64,000 nucleotides of DNA, from IMG/VR virus record IMGVR_UViG_3300045988_166195, positions 32,001 to 96,000 of that record, one strand, 5' to 3'. Below the pieces are notes generated by a model. That model ran no database searches and was not told the DNA's origin. It saw only the letters and a list, made by a program, of their open reading frames with translations. The translations under genes were made by a program, and so were the position numbers. Positions 63,636-64,000 of the stretch are shown piece by piece (the first letter of the stretch is position 1; each line of letters begins with the position of its first letter). Origin of the DNA: a virus.

Positions 63636-64000
63636 ATGCGGGGTTCGCATCATATTGTTGCCGGGTTGGCGATGCTTGGTATCGGGCGTGCTGCCATCTT
63701 GATGGGCGAGAGTGCCGATCGTTCCCAGGTGATACCGTTGATGGATACAGAGTCGATAGAGGATAGCTACGGGGTTATCGGCTCTGTTCGCTCGTGGGTA
63801 TCGGATGGTTTGGATGCACTAGGTGGATCCATCGCATCATGGAGTACGTGGATTCATCATCTGTTTGTGAGCGATGATGAGTACTGGTACATCAGCGTCG
63901 CAATTGGTATGCCGTTGTTTATCATCGGCACTTTGCTGGCTGATGCTGATCTGCCGCACTCATTGATGGGGCGTTTCATGCCATGGGGGACAATATGGCG
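63636..64000 (+). CDS. Hypothetical membrane protein, N-terminal part only (possible YdjM-like membrane-bound hydrolase); continues past the window end
   Basis: ATG 63636 after AGGAGAGGTGAGAG. MRGSHHIVAGLAMLGIGRAA ... ISVAIGMPLFIIGTLLADADLPHS. The frame is open to the window edge. Confidence 0.35.
   Translation, partial: MRGSHHIVAGLAMLGIGRAAILMGESADRSQVIPLMDTESIEDSYGVIGSVRSWVSDGLDALGGSIASWSTWIHHLFVSDDEYWYISVAIGMPLFIIGTLLADADLPHSLMGRFMPWGTIW

Noticed and set aside
1-64000. Search for CRISPR arrays, tRNA or rRNA genes, and an integrase or attachment-site repeats
   Set aside because: No spaced direct-repeat array, no tRNA-like cloverleaf region, and no rRNA-like segment was seen. No tyrosine or serine recombinase motifs were found in any frame. 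Element boundaries are therefore not visible in this window, and the ICE-versus-plasmid question stays open.

Overview
The window is about 58-60% GC on both strands, Actinobacteria-like. It reads as part of a large conjugative element, either an ICE or a conjugative plasmid. No integrase is visible in the window, and no rRNA, tRNA or CRISPR array was found.

A Gram-positive-type type IV secretion and DNA-processing core occupies 7.5-39.7 kb. It contains:
- a multidomain orphan DNA methyltransferase
- a type IA topoisomerase of the Topo III kind
- small membrane proteins in ConD/TcpE-like, pilin-like and ConB/TcpC-like positions
- a 708-aa protein in the VirB4/ConE position with no recognisable P-loop
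- a 1102-aa polytopic VirB6/ConG-like protein
- a CwlT-like bifunctional cell-wall hydrolase (phage-tail-lysozyme-like domain plus NlpC/P60)
- a MOB-type relaxase carrying an HVHCH histidine cluster
- a 1351-aa VirD4/TraG-type coupling protein

Most of these genes are separated by strong GC-rich hairpin terminators.

The most striking cargo is a gene of about 1816 aa (40581-46031) encoding a single-chain fusion homologous to bacterial RNA polymerase beta followed by beta-prime. It carries the GDKxxxxHGNKGVIS motif and the DFDGD catalytic motif.

Three tandem paralogous repeat proteins follow it. Each ends in the same C-terminal tail, ...SVDDGFEL, that the polymerase itself carries. Two unrelated acidic proteins near the relaxase end in D(D/E)PEF.

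A motif of consensus GATAtaCTsGTATACGAG recurs upstream of the topoisomerase gene, of the coiled-coil gene at 33184, and of each DDGFEL paralog. A variant precedes an HU-like gene. It is a candidate element-specific promoter.

A Clp/Hsp100-type double AAA+ ATPase (29260-33033) is interrupted at the Gly-Lys|Thr junction of both Walker A motifs by two Ala1 inteins. Both have features of class 3 inteins and each carries a LAGLIDADG homing-endonuclease domain. A second, intein-free Clp-like paralog lies at 58411-60285 on the minus strand.

The right end (52.4-63.7 kb) carries a probable accessory or defence block:
- a lower-GC unknown gene
- a solitary MazF/PemK-fold toxin next to a perfect 36-bp palindrome
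- a UvrD-family helicase with a 400-aa unknown N-terminal domain
- the Clp paralog
- a vWA (MIDAS) protein and a MoxR AAA+ ATPase

The left end (0-7.6 kb) is a minus-strand operon with:
- three paralogous membrane-anchored nuclease-like proteins
- a SLOG/DUF2493-like protein
- a Panacea-domain antitoxin-like protein
- an unannotated 42-aa peptide with 10 cysteines

It sits divergent to a ribbon-helix-helix gene.

Many long antisense ORFs in the six-frame track are R/L/H-rich shadows of the real GC-rich genes and were rejected.
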